Origin: a virus
Direction: 5' to 3' (one strand)
Virus record (IMG/VR): IMGVR_UViG_3300045988_087627
Span: 1 to 44,613 of that record
DNA: 44,613 bases
The position numbers were made by a program, and so were the translations under genes. Within the stretch, counting starts at the first letter, position 1; each line of letters starts with the position of its first letter. Shown here one piece after another: positions 16,579 through 26,369 of the stretch. Below the pieces are notes generated by a model that had not been told where the DNA came from, did not search any database, and worked only from the letters and a program-made list of their open reading frames with translations.

Positions 16579-16603
16579 AACCGTCCGAAAGGGCGGTTTT
16601 TTT
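16579..16603 (+). terminator. intrinsic terminator
   Basis: aaccgtcc-gaaa-gggcggttttttt. Confidence 0.7.
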
Positions 16604-16652
16604 ATGCCCAAAATCGCACGGAACAGCGTAAAAATCCAGAAAGGAACAGCAA

Positions 16653-17468
16653 ATGGAAGAAATTATGGAAACCGAAGTGGAAACCACCGAGGCAGGCGTA
16701 AACGAGCAGGAAACCGCCGAAACTGCGTCCATCGGACCCGAGGAAACAGGCGAAAACGAGCAGCAGACCGCCGAAGCTGCACCCGAGGGAGTACAGAGTG
16801 CGGAAGATAACGCACGATTTGCCGCTGCACGACGCAGAGCGGAAGCGCAGTTTAATGAGCGCATTCAGCAGGAGCGTCAGGCGGCAAAGGACGAGATGGT
16901 ACGGCAGATGTACGAGGGTCAGCTTGACCCGTACACCAACAAGCCGATCGCCTCGGAAGCTGATTTGCAGGCGTACCAGCAGGCATACCAGCGAGACCAG
17001 ATGCAGCAGGCAGGGCTTGACCCCGCTATGCTCGATCAGATGATCGCAAACAACCCCACTGTACGGCAGGCACAGCAGGTTCTTGACCGTGTACAGATGG
17101 AGGAGGGCGAGCGGCAGATGAACGAGGCAATCAAGGAGATTTCCCACCTTGACCCGTCTATCACCGACGTTGCTGCACTGGCAAGCCACCCGAACGCACC
17201 CGTTTTTAACGAGTACGTCAACAGAGGCTATTCGCTTGTTGATGCGTTCCGCCTTGCAAACTTTGACACGCTCACCGGCAAGAAAGCCGCAGCGGCAAAG
17301 CAGCAGGCGATGAACAACGTCAACGGCAAGAGCCATCTGACCACCACAGCAGGCAATGCGGGCGGTGACGATGTTGTAATCGACCCGCAGGAAATGCAGA
17401 TGATGAAGCACGCATTTCCGAATCTTACCCACGCACAGCTTGTGGCAAAGTTCAAAAAATACAAGTAA
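16653..17468 (+). CDS. scaffolding protein
   Basis: Acidic, Q/E/A-rich and predicted helical. It lies between the portal and capsid genes. Confidence 0.65.
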   Translation: MEEIMETEVETTEAGVNEQETAETASIGPEETGENEQQTAEAAPEGVQSAEDNARFAAARRRAEAQFNERIQQERQAAKDEMVRQMYEGQLDPYTNKPIASEADLQAYQQAYQRDQMQQAGLDPAMLDQMIANNPTVRQAQQVLDRVQMEEGERQMNEAIKEISHLDPSITDVAALASHPNAPVFNEYVNRGYSLVDAFRLANFDTLTGKKAAAAKQQAMNNVNGKSHLTTTAGNAGGDDVVIDPQEMQMMKHAFPNLTHAQLVAKFKKYK

Positions 17469-17482
17469 AAGGAGATTTTTTC

Positions 17483-17881
17483 ATGTTTAAGATCGCATAT
17501 CGCCGCGTGGCTGATGTGTCCCCGTTCGTTTACCTTCCCGGCGCGGACGGCCTGACCCTCGGCATGGCGGCTACTCTGACTTCCGGCGCTCTGGCAAAGG
17601 GCACCGCTTCCGTCAAGCCGACTCACATTATCATGGGTCCCAAGCGCGAGGACGGCAATTACCCGGCTATCGAGGTAAACGACAACATTGTATTTGAGAC
17701 TACCTCGACCGCAACCGTTGCACAGACCGTCGTCGGCTCGGCTGTCACTCTGGCGGCTGATGCGCTGACCGTTACTGCAACCGCTACCAAGGGCGTTTTC
17801 AAGGTGCTTACCACCGACGGCGCTACCACCAACTCGACCGTTACCGGCGTGTTTGTTGATCCGGCAGCGGTTGCCGCCTAA
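17483..17881 (+). CDS. head-associated protein (decoration or capsid accessory, tentative)
   Basis: RBS aaaaggag. 132 aa, Thr/Ala/Val-rich, directly upstream of the major capsid gene. Confidence 0.55.
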   Translation: MFKIAYRRVADVSPFVYLPGADGLTLGMAATLTSGALAKGTASVKPTHIIMGPKREDGNYPAIEVNDNIVFETTSTATVAQTVVGSAVTLAADALTVTATATKGVFKVLTTDGATTNSTVTGVFVDPAAVAA

Positions 17882-17904
17882 AAAGAGAGGAGACAAGATA
17901 ATTT

Positions 17905-18918
17905 ATGGCAGGCATTACTTTTTCTGAGGCTTCCGGCGTTGCTGATTCCTTTTTCGGCAAGTCGCAGGCCCCCATCAAGGCGATTATCGCAGATCGCGTA
18001 GAGAGCTTTCAGGAGCAGAGCATGATTGACAAGGTGTTCTATATGGACACCACCAATAACTACGCGGAGAAGTACACCTCGGCTACCGCACTGGGCGACT
18101 TTCAGGACGTGGGCGAGAACGGCGCATACCCGCTGACCTCTGTACAGGAGGGCTACAGCAAGATCATCGAGCCGACCACCTGGAAGAGCCGCTTTGAAGT
18201 CACCCGCGAGCTCATCGAGGACAGCAAGTTCAATCTGGCGGAATCCCGCGCACGCAAGTTCGGTGCATCTTACAACCGTACCCGCGAGAAGTACGCAGCA
18301 GACATGATCGCGGGCGGCATCGGCACTTCTATCACCTTTGGCGGCAAGAAGTACGATACCACCTCGGCGGACGGCGTTTCTCTGTTCTCCACCGCACACG
18401 GCTCGGCGACCAAGGGCTACAAGAACCAGTCCAACCGATTTAAGTACACCGCCGGTACGGACAAGTACACCGAAATTCTGGACGCGGCGCAGGAGCAGAT
18501 GCAGGACATTCGCGACGACGACGGCAATCTGCTGAACATCAAGCCGGATACCATCATCATCCCGAACTCCGGCAAGCTCAAGCGTGCACTGTTTGCGGCA
18601 ATCGGTTCTGAGCTTGACCCGAACACCAACAACAATGCGTTTAACTTCCAGGTTGGTCTGTGGAACGTACTGGTATGGAACTATCTGCCGAAGACCATCG
18701 GCGGCAAGGAGTATTTCATGCTGCTCGACAGCGACTACAACAAGGATGCAATGTGTATGCCGTGGCTTGACCGCGTTTCGCTTACGGTTCGTTCTTCTGT
18801 GGACGAGAACACCGACGCGAACTACTGGTCCGGCCGTGCACGTTTCGGTGCAGGCTTCAACGACTGGCGTGCAATCTCCATTGTGGGCGATTCTCTCGCA
18901 AACGCTTCCGAGCTGTAA
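17905..18918 (+). CDS. major capsid protein
   Basis: 337 aa. RBS agagaggag. Position after the scaffold gene and a strong terminator after it suggest high expression. Confidence 0.75.
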   Translation: MAGITFSEASGVADSFFGKSQAPIKAIIADRVESFQEQSMIDKVFYMDTTNNYAEKYTSATALGDFQDVGENGAYPLTSVQEGYSKIIEPTTWKSRFEVTRELIEDSKFNLAESRARKFGASYNRTREKYAADMIAGGIGTSITFGGKKYDTTSADGVSLFSTAHGSATKGYKNQSNRFKYTAGTDKYTEILDAAQEQMQDIRDDDGNLLNIKPDTIIIPNSGKLKRALFAAIGSELDPNTNNNAFNFQVGLWNVLVWNYLPKTIGGKEYFMLLDSDYNKDAMCMPWLDRVSLTVRSSVDENTDANYWSGRARFGAGFNDWRAISIVGDSLANASEL

Positions 18919-18926
18919 GGACAAGC

Positions 18927-18955
18927 GGCGGGGGAAACCCCGCCTTTTCCTTTTT
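18927..18955 (+). terminator. intrinsic terminator after the capsid gene
   Basis: ggcgggg-gaaa-ccccgcc followed by ttttccttttt. Confidence 0.8.
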
Positions 18956-18972
18956 GAAAGGAGTGTTAGCTT

Positions 18973-19593
18973 ATGACATGGGAGCAAATCCAGAAAGCAG
19001 CGCTGGACAAGATTTTCTCACGCCTGAACTACGGCACGGAGGTTTCGCTTACTTCGCCTGATGTGGCGGATTATGTGCGGGCAATGCCGCACGCGGCTTG
19101 GTTTGCAATGGTAGACCTTGCCGAGGTCATGCCGATCTACAAATCCGTGGAAGTGGAGCTGCCGGACGATGATGCGGAAGGCTATCGGCTGTTTCATATC
19201 CGCGAGCTTGCACCGGATTTTATGCGGTTCTGCCCGGACAGACTGACGATCATGGGCGCGAACAACACGTTTATGCGCGTGAACGACTATCAGTTTGACG
19301 GCATGGACACGCTGTTTGTCCCGGCGGAGTACGTCGGTACGTTAGTGATCTGGTACGAGGCATACCCGGAGAACATCGACGAGAGCACGCCGGGCGACAC
19401 GACGTTTTCTCTGCCGGAGGAAGCGCAGCGGGCGATTCCGCTGTATATCGCGGCAGAGGTGTTCAAGGAAGATGATATTTCCATGGCGACGCAGTATCTG
19501 AACGAATACGAGAACGTCAAGCAGATGCTCGCAAGCAGGAGACAGCAGACTTCGAGCGGCGGCGCGTGGCGCTCGGTTACGGGGTGGGTGTAA
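18973..19593 (+). CDS. head-tail adaptor/gatekeeper-like structural protein (tentative)
   Basis: 206 aa. RBS gaaaggag. The call rests on position only. Confidence 0.5.
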   Translation: MTWEQIQKAALDKIFSRLNYGTEVSLTSPDVADYVRAMPHAAWFAMVDLAEVMPIYKSVEVELPDDDAEGYRLFHIRELAPDFMRFCPDRLTIMGANNTFMRVNDYQFDGMDTLFVPAEYVGTLVIWYEAYPENIDESTPGDTTFSLPEEAQRAIPLYIAAEVFKEDDISMATQYLNEYENVKQMLASRRQQTSSGGAWRSVTGWV

Positions 19594-21480
19594 ATGGCAA
19601 CATACAAGATTCCCGATTCCCCGAAAAGGTACAAAACCGAGTATTCCAAGTTCAAGGGCGTTGACCTGTCGAGCAATCCGACACAGGTCGACTCAACGCG
19701 CGGCGCTTCCGGCACGGTAAACCTGATTTCGGACAGCGGCGGCTTCCCTGAAAAGCGCAAGGGATGGCGCGTGCTGCTGAATGTCGAAAAGCCGGTAAAC
19801 GGTCTGTATCGCGGCATTATCAAGGGCAAGGAATACTTTCTTGTGCATGGCGGAACACGGCTTTACAAATGGACGGAAAGCGCCTTAGCAGAGCTGAAAA
19901 GCGGACTGACCAACAAGCAGGGCACCTCGTTTACGCTCAACGACAAAATGTACGTGCTGACGGGCGGCGAGTACCTTGTATTCGACGGCGAGACCGCCAA
20001 GGACGCGACATCGGACGCTTACGTTCCGACTACCACCATCGCCAACAAGCCGACGGGCGGCGGAACGAGCTTCGAGGATGTAAATCTTCTGAGCGACAAG
20101 CGCAAGAACGAGTTCTGCGCGGACGGCTCGGCTACCGTGTATCAGCTCGATACCACGGACGTACAGAGCATTTCAGAGGTCAAGGTGAATGGTGCGGTCT
20201 GGGACGCGAGCCGCTACAGCCTGAACGGGAGTAAGGGACAGGTGACGTTTACCAGTGCGCCGCCAAAACCGGCTATCACGGGCAAGGACAACGTGACGAT
20301 CACGTTTGTAAAGCACGTGGACGGATACGCCGAGAAGATCAAAAAGTGCACCATCGCGGCAATCTACGGCGGCAAGTCTCAGGACAGGGTGTTCCTTGCA
20401 GGCAATCCCGACGAGCAGGACAAGGACTGGCGGTGTGAAAGCAACAATCCGCTGTATTTTTCCGATCTCTCCTATACCAAGGTGGGCGCGGACGGCGCGG
20501 CAATCGTCGGATATACGGCAATCTCGGACAGTCAGGCAATCGTCAAGTCGGATGACCGCAGCGAGACCACGATCTATTTCCGAGGGTATAACATCGACAG
20601 CACGACGAACAAGGTTCAGTTTCCGGTACGCAGAGCCGCAGCCGGTGCCGGTGCAGTGGCAAAGCACGCATTCGCATATCTGCCGGAAGAGCCTGTATTT
20701 CTCAGCCGAACGGGCGTGTTCGCGCTGACAAGCAGCAACATCACGGCCTTGCAGGTGGCAAGAAACCGCTCCTACTACGTGGACGCGGCGCTGACCAAGG
20801 AAGATCATCTGGAAAACGCCTGCGCGGTAGTCTGGAACGGCTACTATGTGCTGTCTGTGAACAACCATGCCTACGTACTCGACACCAACCAGAACGTAGC
20901 GTACAAGCCGCAGTCCTACGGCGATTACGTTTACGAGTGCTACTACTGGGACAACTTCCCGGCGGTGCGCATGATGGAAAGCAGGGGAAGCCTGTATTTC
21001 GGCACATCGGACGGACGTATCTGCAAGCTGAACACGGATATTGACACCATGCAGGCGTATTCGGACGGCGGCACGCTCGGCGCGGACGGCAGAATTACCG
21101 GCGGTACGGCAATCTCCGCAGAGTGGCACACCAAGGCGGACGATGACGGCGATTTTATGACGTATAAGACCATGGTAAAGCGCGGCTCGGGCGTTATGAT
21201 GAAGCCTTATACCCGTTCCTCGGTCAAGGTGTTCGCCCGGACAGAACGTGACTTCGGCCGGCAGATACGCGAGGGTATCGCGGATATTTTCAACTGGGAA
21301 GATATTGATTTCAGCCGCTTCACGTTCAACACAAACGACGCGCCGCAGGTGCTTCCGTTCAACAGCAAGGTCAAGAAGTACAAGACCTTGCAACTTATCA
21401 TGCAGAACAACGCACTGAACGAGGCGTTCGGCGTGTTCGGCATTATCAAGAGATACACCATCGGAACTATGGTGAGGTGA
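19594..21480 (+). CDS. tail (nozzle/tubular-type) structural protein (tentative)
   Basis: 628 aa. Coupled to its neighbours (TAAATG). The call rests on position only. Confidence 0.5.
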   Translation: MATYKIPDSPKRYKTEYSKFKGVDLSSNPTQVDSTRGASGTVNLISDSGGFPEKRKGWRVLLNVEKPVNGLYRGIIKGKEYFLVHGGTRLYKWTESALAELKSGLTNKQGTSFTLNDKMYVLTGGEYLVFDGETAKDATSDAYVPTTTIANKPTGGGTSFEDVNLLSDKRKNEFCADGSATVYQLDTTDVQSISEVKVNGAVWDASRYSLNGSKGQVTFTSAPPKPAITGKDNVTITFVKHVDGYAEKIKKCTIAAIYGGKSQDRVFLAGNPDEQDKDWRCESNNPLYFSDLSYTKVGADGAAIVGYTAISDSQAIVKSDDRSETTIYFRGYNIDSTTNKVQFPVRRAAAGAGAVAKHAFAYLPEEPVFLSRTGVFALTSSNITALQVARNRSYYVDAALTKEDHLENACAVVWNGYYVLSVNNHAYVLDTNQNVAYKPQSYGDYVYECYYWDNFPAVRMMESRGSLYFGTSDGRICKLNTDIDTMQAYSDGGTLGADGRITGGTAISAEWHTKADDDGDFMTYKTMVKRGSGVMMKPYTRSSVKVFARTERDFGRQIREGIADIFNWEDIDFSRFTFNTNDAPQVLPFNSKVKKYKTLQLIMQNNALNEAFGVFGIIKRYTIGTMVR

Positions 21481-21484
21481 TGAA

Positions 21485-23380
21485 ATGGCAATCGAAAAGA
21501 TTTCAGACAGCGCGGTGAGCTCGACAGGCGTTGTTTCTGCGGCGGACACGCTGACCGGCACGGCTGCGGAAAACAAGGCGGTGTTCGACAAGCTGCCGCG
21601 GCTGCTGAGAGACAAAGTAAATGAGGTTATTGACGAAAGCAACCGTCTGACGACTGAGGACGGGAAGGCGGTGAAAAGCCCGGACGGCACGGTGAAAAAC
21701 GTGCGGCTGAATGCGGACAACGTAATCGAAACCTCGCAGGACGGCAGTTCGTGGCAGGCTACCGGCTCGTCCGGTCACGTTATTCTGGATGCGTCCGGCA
21801 ACGCGATGCCACAGCGTTCGAGAATGCAGTTCGCAGAGGGCACGGTCGAGGACGTGAACGGCGTTTCCGTTATCCACGGCGTGCAGGGTCCGAAGGGCGA
21901 AAAGGGCAACAAGGGAGACCAGGGCGAAAGGGGCGAGCAGGGTCTCAGAGGTGAACGCGGTCCGCAGGGCGAGATCGGCCCGAGAGGTCCGCAGGGCATT
22001 CAGGGTGAACAGGGCGCACAGGGCATTCGCGGCGCACAGGGCGCACAGGGTCCGCAGGGCGCACAGGGCGAAAAGGGCGCAGATGGCAAGGACGGCAAGG
22101 CGTTATACATCGAGGACGTTTACAGCACCCTCGCCGCACTGCGAAACGCTATTCCGAACGGCAACGACAAGATGTATCAGGTCGAGGAGAACCGCGAGTG
22201 CTATATCTGGAGCGAAAACTCGCTTGACTGGGTGAGCGTCGGCAAGGTAGAAGGTCCAGTGGGTCCGCAGGGCGTGCAGGGCATTCAGGGTCCCACCGGA
22301 CCGCAGGGCATTCAGGGCGTGCAGGGCATTCAGGGCGTTCCCGGCAACGACGGCAAAAATGCGTATGACGCGGCACTCGACGGCGGCTATCAGGGCACGG
22401 AAACGCAGTTTAATGCGGCGCTTGCAAAGATGAATGGCTTCGCGCTTGCAGAGGAGGTTGTCCCCAAGACCCGCGAGATCAACGGCAAGACGCTGAGCGC
22501 AGACGTGACGCTGACCGGCGAGAACATCGCGGTCTCCAGCACCGACTCCACTCCGATTTCTGGTGCCGTCAAATACCGCACAAATCCGAACCTGCTCGAC
22601 AACTGGTTCTTCGGCAGAGCCGTGAATCAGAGGGGGAAGACGGAGATTGCAAGCGGCAACTGGAACACATATTTTGTTGACCGGTGGTTTGCCGCATCAC
22701 CTGAATGCGCGTATGCAATCACTGACGACGGTATTAAAATCTCGAAATTACCACATAAGTATCAGCAGATTTGGGTGCAAAAAATGGAGCGGATGGAGAA
22801 ACGAACGTATACGCTGTCGTTTTTTCTAAAGGACATTGGACTGCTCAGCCTGACGTTTACGCCGAAAGGCTCGGACTACACGGAGCAGACTTTAGACGGC
22901 GGGTTTATTCTGTCATTTACATCTGAAACTGACCTTGCGAATCCTATGATCAGATTACTTACCAGTGCATCTGTAACGGTTTCTGATGTTACCATCCTCG
23001 CCGCCAAACTGGAACTCGGCTCCACCCAGACCCTTGCGCACAAAGAAAACGGCGTTTGGGTACTGAATGAAATCCCTGATTTTGGGGAGCAACTGAGAAG
23101 GTGTCAGCTGTATGCACGCAAAGGGCATACCAGATTTGCATTTAGCAAAATTACATCTGGCAAAAGAATGTACGTTCCTCTGTCACAGATACAGCCTCCA
23201 ATGCGCACAGCTCCGGTGTGCACTTACACTAATGTTTTTTCTTATACGGACGGAACGGCATTAAATGTAGTTAACACTTTTGATGCTGAACGAGCCGATT
23301 TACTTCCGGCTATGACGATTAACGAGTCAATCGACGATAACGTGATTCAATGTGACTATTTTATTTCCGCCGACCTGTAA
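21485..23380 (+). CDS. collagen-like-repeat tail fibre
   Basis: Two G-X-Y blocks and a divergent C-terminal receptor-binding-type domain. Confidence 0.8.
   Translation: MAIEKISDSAVSSTGVVSAADTLTGTAAENKAVFDKLPRLLRDKVNEVIDESNRLTTEDGKAVKSPDGTVKNVRLNADNVIETSQDGSSWQATGSSGHVILDASGNAMPQRSRMQFAEGTVEDVNGVSVIHGVQGPKGEKGNKGDQGERGEQGLRGERGPQGEIGPRGPQGIQGEQGAQGIRGAQGAQGPQGAQGEKGADGKDGKALYIEDVYSTLAALRNAIPNGNDKMYQVEENRECYIWSENSLDWVSVGKVEGPVGPQGVQGIQGPTGPQGIQGVQGIQGVPGNDGKNAYDAALDGGYQGTETQFNAALAKMNGFALAEEVVPKTREINGKTLSADVTLTGENIAVSSTDSTPISGAVKYRTNPNLLDNWFFGRAVNQRGKTEIASGNWNTYFVDRWFAASPECAYAITDDGIKISKLPHKYQQIWVQKMERMEKRTYTLSFFLKDIGLLSLTFTPKGSDYTEQTLDGGFILSFTSETDLANPMIRLLTSASVTVSDVTILAAKLELGSTQTLAHKENGVWVLNEIPDFGEQLRRCQLYARKGHTRFAFSKITSGKRMYVPLSQIQPPMRTAPVCTYTNVFSYTDGTALNVVNTFDAERADLLPAMTINESIDDNVIQCDYFISADL
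21887..22099 (+). repeat. collagen-like G-X-Y repeat block 1 (71 triplets)
   Basis: [71 protein letters not shown]. Confidence 0.9.
22253..22357 (+). repeat. collagen-like G-X-Y repeat block 2 (35 triplets)
   Basis: [35 protein letters not shown]. Confidence 0.9.
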
Positions 23381-23392
23381 GGAGGTGACACT

Positions 23393-23803
23393 ATGCAAAC
23401 CCCAAAATCCCGCGTCTATGTGCTGACAGACGCACAGGGACGCATTACCCGCATTGAGGGGGAGTACACGCTCCCGGCTGACCTGACGGACTGGGTACTG
23501 GTCGAGGAAGGCGCACCCTGCGACCGTCTGAACCTTGCACAGACGCACTACCTTGATAAGCCGCTGTACACACAGGATGGCGTTATGCGGTACAAACTGG
23601 TAGACGGCAAGGTGGTCGAGCGCACTGCCGAGGAAATCGAGGCGGATAAGGCGAAGCTGCCGAAGCCGGTTATTCCGAAAACCAACGCAGAACTGGAGCA
23701 GGAAAATAAGCTGCTGAAAGCACAACTTAACGCCGCGACCGAACGCAGTGATTTTATTGAGGACTGCATTGCGGAGATGGCGATGCAGGTTTACGCAGAA
23801 TAA
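23393..23803 (+). CDS. hypothetical protein after the fibre (assembly/chaperone-like, tentative)
   Basis: RBS aaggaggtgacact. 136 aa. Confidence 0.55.
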   Translation: MQTPKSRVYVLTDAQGRITRIEGEYTLPADLTDWVLVEEGAPCDRLNLAQTHYLDKPLYTQDGVMRYKLVDGKVVERTAEEIEADKAKLPKPVIPKTNAELEQENKLLKAQLNAATERSDFIEDCIAEMAMQVYAE

Positions 23804-23994
23804 TGAACATTTTTAGACGTTTAGAAAGGTTGGTAATTATGATGGCTATGTTTTTTGCCCAGAGAGTTATCCTCGGCAAGACGAAGTTCGATGCGGTGCC
23901 CAAGGCACTGAAAAAGCAGGTGGCGGAAATTCTGATTGATTCCGGTCTGCCCGAGCTTGTACCGTCCGAGTTCGGCGGCACCAAGGATGCGTAA
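23803..23994 (+). CDS. small hypothetical protein (XkdX-like position)
   Basis: TAATG-coupled. Alternative start ATG 23839 follows gaaagg. Confidence 0.5.
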   Translation: MNIFRRLERLVIMMAMFFAQRVILGKTKFDAVPKALKKQVAEILIDSGLPELVPSEFGGTKDA

Positions 23995-23995
23995 C

Positions 23996-24169
23996 ATGAA
24001 GGGCGCAGAAAACACCGCTGCACCGAACATGATCGTCGATGAGTTTTTTCCGAAGCACATCAGACAGCGTGAGGACTTTGCAGAAATCCGCGAGGCGGTG
24101 CGCAAATACAGGATTACGGAGCTGTATCTCACGCAGAAGTATAACAGAAAGAGAGAAAAGCATGGATAA
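23996..24169 (+). CDS. small hypothetical protein (57 aa)
   Basis: Internal ATG of ORF 23936..24169. It overlaps the holin start by 8 nt. Confidence 0.45.
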   Translation: MKGAENTAAPNMIVDEFFPKHIRQREDFAEIREAVRKYRITELYLTQKYNRKREKHG

Positions 24170-24620
24170 TGTAAACAATTTTAAGGCGGCTGTTACCGCT
24201 TGTATTGCCGTCCTTACCGCCCTGTGGGGGTGGTTCGGCTGGCTCGTGGTGCTGTTTGTCGTCGCAATGACGGCGGACTACCTGACGGGCACTGCGGCGG
24301 CAATGCAGGCGGGTGCATGGAACAAAAAGATTGCATGGAAGGGCATTACGCGCAAGGTTGCACAGATTGCTATTGTAGCGGTTGCAGGCGGTGCAGATTT
24401 GCTTGTCGGAATGATTATGGGGCATCTGCCCATGGTCACACTGCCGTTTGAATACACTGTGCTGTTCTGCCCTCTCGTTGTCGTATGGTACACGCTGACG
24501 GAACTCGGCAGTATCGTGGAGAACGCGGTTTCCCTCGGTGCGCCTGTTCCGGCGTGGCTGCAAAAGGCACTTTCCGCCGCAAAGGACGCGGTGGACAAAA
24601 TCGGAGATGATGAACAGTGA
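24162..24620 (+). CDS. holin (phage_holin_4_1-like)
   Basis: Several TM helices and TADYLTGTAAAM...KGITRKVAQIAIVAVAGGADLL. It lies directly before the amidase. Confidence 0.8.
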   Translation: MDNVNNFKAAVTACIAVLTALWGWFGWLVVLFVVAMTADYLTGTAAAMQAGAWNKKIAWKGITRKVAQIAIVAVAGGADLLVGMIMGHLPMVTLPFEYTVLFCPLVVVWYTLTELGSIVENAVSLGAPVPAWLQKALSAAKDAVDKIGDDEQ

Positions 24621-25339
24621 AAATCACTTACAAAGGCTGTAACCCGAGTAACTACCGCAAGGGCAGAGAGTTCCCGATCAACTGGATTTGCCTGCACTTT
24701 ACCGCGAACAACGGCGATACGGCAAAGAACAACGCGGATTACTTCGCGAACAACGCCAATCTGCGGGCAAGTGCACACTACTTTGTAGACCCGAACAAGA
24801 TTTACCAGAGCGTAAAGGACACGGACACGGCATGGCATTGCGGCAGGGAACGCGGCGGCAGTTACTACAACGACTGCCGCAACGCAAACTCCATCGGCAT
24901 TGAGATGTGCAGCGTTATCCGCAACGGCGTGTATGTTATCCCGGACGAAACGGTACGGAACGCGGCGGAGCTTGTGCGGTATCTGATGGCACGGCATCAC
25001 GTGCCGGTATCGCGTGTGTGCCGTCACTACGATGTGACGCACAAGCAGTGTCCCGAGCCGTGGGTGCGTAATCCGAAACAGTGGGAGAAATTCCTCGAAA
25101 TGTTGGAGGCAGAAGATATGACAGAAGCACAGACGCGCAAAATCGCACAGGAAGAAATCAAGAAGGCAAACGCAAAGGTTTATAACCGCGTGCAGGACTG
25201 CCCGGCATGGGCGCAGAACACGGTGCAGCGGCTTGTGAACAAGGGCTTTTTACAGGGTGACGAAAACGGCAGGCTGGGTCTTACCGAAGACCTGATGCGT
25301 GTGCTGGTTATCAACGACCGTGCACATCTGTACGGTTAA
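24617..25339 (+). CDS. N-acetylmuramoyl-L-alanine amidase endolysin
   Basis: GTG overlaps the holin TGA. ICLHFTANNGDTAKNNADYFANN...ASAHYFVD...AWHCG...NSIGIEMC...HYDVTHKQCPEPW is the Amidase_2/PGRP signature. Confidence 0.9.
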   Translation: MKITYKGCNPSNYRKGREFPINWICLHFTANNGDTAKNNADYFANNANLRASAHYFVDPNKIYQSVKDTDTAWHCGRERGGSYYNDCRNANSIGIEMCSVIRNGVYVIPDETVRNAAELVRYLMARHHVPVSRVCRHYDVTHKQCPEPWVRNPKQWEKFLEMLEAEDMTEAQTRKIAQEEIKKANAKVYNRVQDCPAWAQNTVQRLVNKGFLQGDENGRLGLTEDLMRVLVINDRAHLYG

Positions 25340-25394
25340 ACCGGATTAAGCGGGGTAAGATATGGCGGTGACACTCTGACAAAGGGGCGCCGCT

Positions 25395-25598
25395 ATGAAC
25401 CTAAAAAAAGATTTGACAAAGGCGGAGTGCGTTAAACTCCGCGAGGAATGCAATTTTACAGACGAGGAACGCGCCGTATTCGATCTACGAGTTACGGCGC
25501 GTTCTGTTATTCAGATTGCAGACACGCTGCATATGAGTGAGGCAACGGTTTACCGGCGGCTGCGGAACATCAAACGGAAAATACTGAAAGTTTTGTGA
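25395..25598 (+). CDS. small sigma-70 region-4-like HTH regulator
   Basis: FTDEERAVFDLRVTARSVIQIADTLHMSEATVYRRLRNIKRKI. Confidence 0.7.
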   Translation: MNLKKDLTKAECVKLREECNFTDEERAVFDLRVTARSVIQIADTLHMSEATVYRRLRNIKRKILKVL

Positions 25599-25654
25599 CA
25601 GGTTTTCGCACTTCCGATGCGCTATAATAGACGCATAGAGAGGGGCGATAAAGC

Positions 25655-25810
25655 ATGAGCTACGAACAAAGACTGGAACGTATCGGCTACGACAAGCAGT
25701 GTGCGCGGCGCATTGCTGAGGACTACCGCGAGGCGGGGAACACAAAGTATCTCGACGAGTACCTTGCCTACAAGGAGCGCTCCCTTCACGAAACGGAGGT
25801 GCACGGATAA
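25655..25810 (+). CDS. small hypothetical protein (51 aa)
   Basis: RBS agaggggcgataaagc. TAATG-coupled to the next gene. TATAAT at 25622-25627 lies upstream. Confidence 0.5.
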   Translation: MSYEQRLERIGYDKQCARRIAEDYREAGNTKYLDEYLAYKERSLHETEVHG

Positions 25811-26151
25811 TGGCTTACGGTTATCCACAGTATCCACAGCAATATTCACAACAGAATGTGCAGATGCCGCAGTACCCACAACATATTGTGCGTCCGGTGG
25901 CAAGCGAGGATGAAGCACGGGCGATGCCGACTGATTTCTCCGGCGCGCCTATCTTAATGCCGGACAGGGCACACGGCTATATCTACACAAAGCAGCTCAA
26001 CCTTCAAACCGGCTGCGCGGACTTCGCGAGATACCGCAGAGAGCCGGAGCAGGACGCGCCCAAACCGGACTATGTGCCAAGAAGCGAGTTTGACGAGCTG
26101 AAAGCACGGTTCAACACCTTGTGCGACAAGCTGGGAGGGAGCGAGGCATGA
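25810..26151 (+). CDS. hypothetical protein with Y/P/Q-rich N-terminus
   Basis: MAYGYPQYPQQYSQQNVQMPQYPQ, then VRPVASEDEARAMP...YIYTKQ. Confidence 0.65.
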   Translation: MAYGYPQYPQQYSQQNVQMPQYPQHIVRPVASEDEARAMPTDFSGAPILMPDRAHGYIYTKQLNLQTGCADFARYRREPEQDAPKPDYVPRSEFDELKARFNTLCDKLGGSEA

Positions 26152-26369
26152 TGAGCATAATTCAGCTGATGCAGCTGATGCAGCACGGCGGGAACCCGAC
26201 GGTGCTTTTGCAGCAGATGACAGGCAACACTCCGATGGTGAATCAGCTTATGCAGAGCATACAGGGGAAAAGTCCGGATGCACTGCGGCAGATGGCGATG
26301 AACATCGCCAAAGAACGGGGGATTGACCTCGAACAGTTTGCGCAGCAGTTCGGCTTGAAGATCAAGTAA
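26148..26369 (+). CDS. small Q/M-rich hypothetical protein
   Basis: ATG overlaps the upstream stop. RBS gggaggga. Confidence 0.6.
   Translation: MMSIIQLMQLMQHGGNPTVLLQQMTGNTPMVNQLMQSIQGKSPDALRQMAMNIAKERGIDLEQFAQQFGLKIK

Noticed and set aside
21485-23380. Diversity-generating retroelement or retron targeting the fibre C-terminus
   Set aside because: There is no reverse transcriptase gene, and I saw no template/variable repeat pair in the window.
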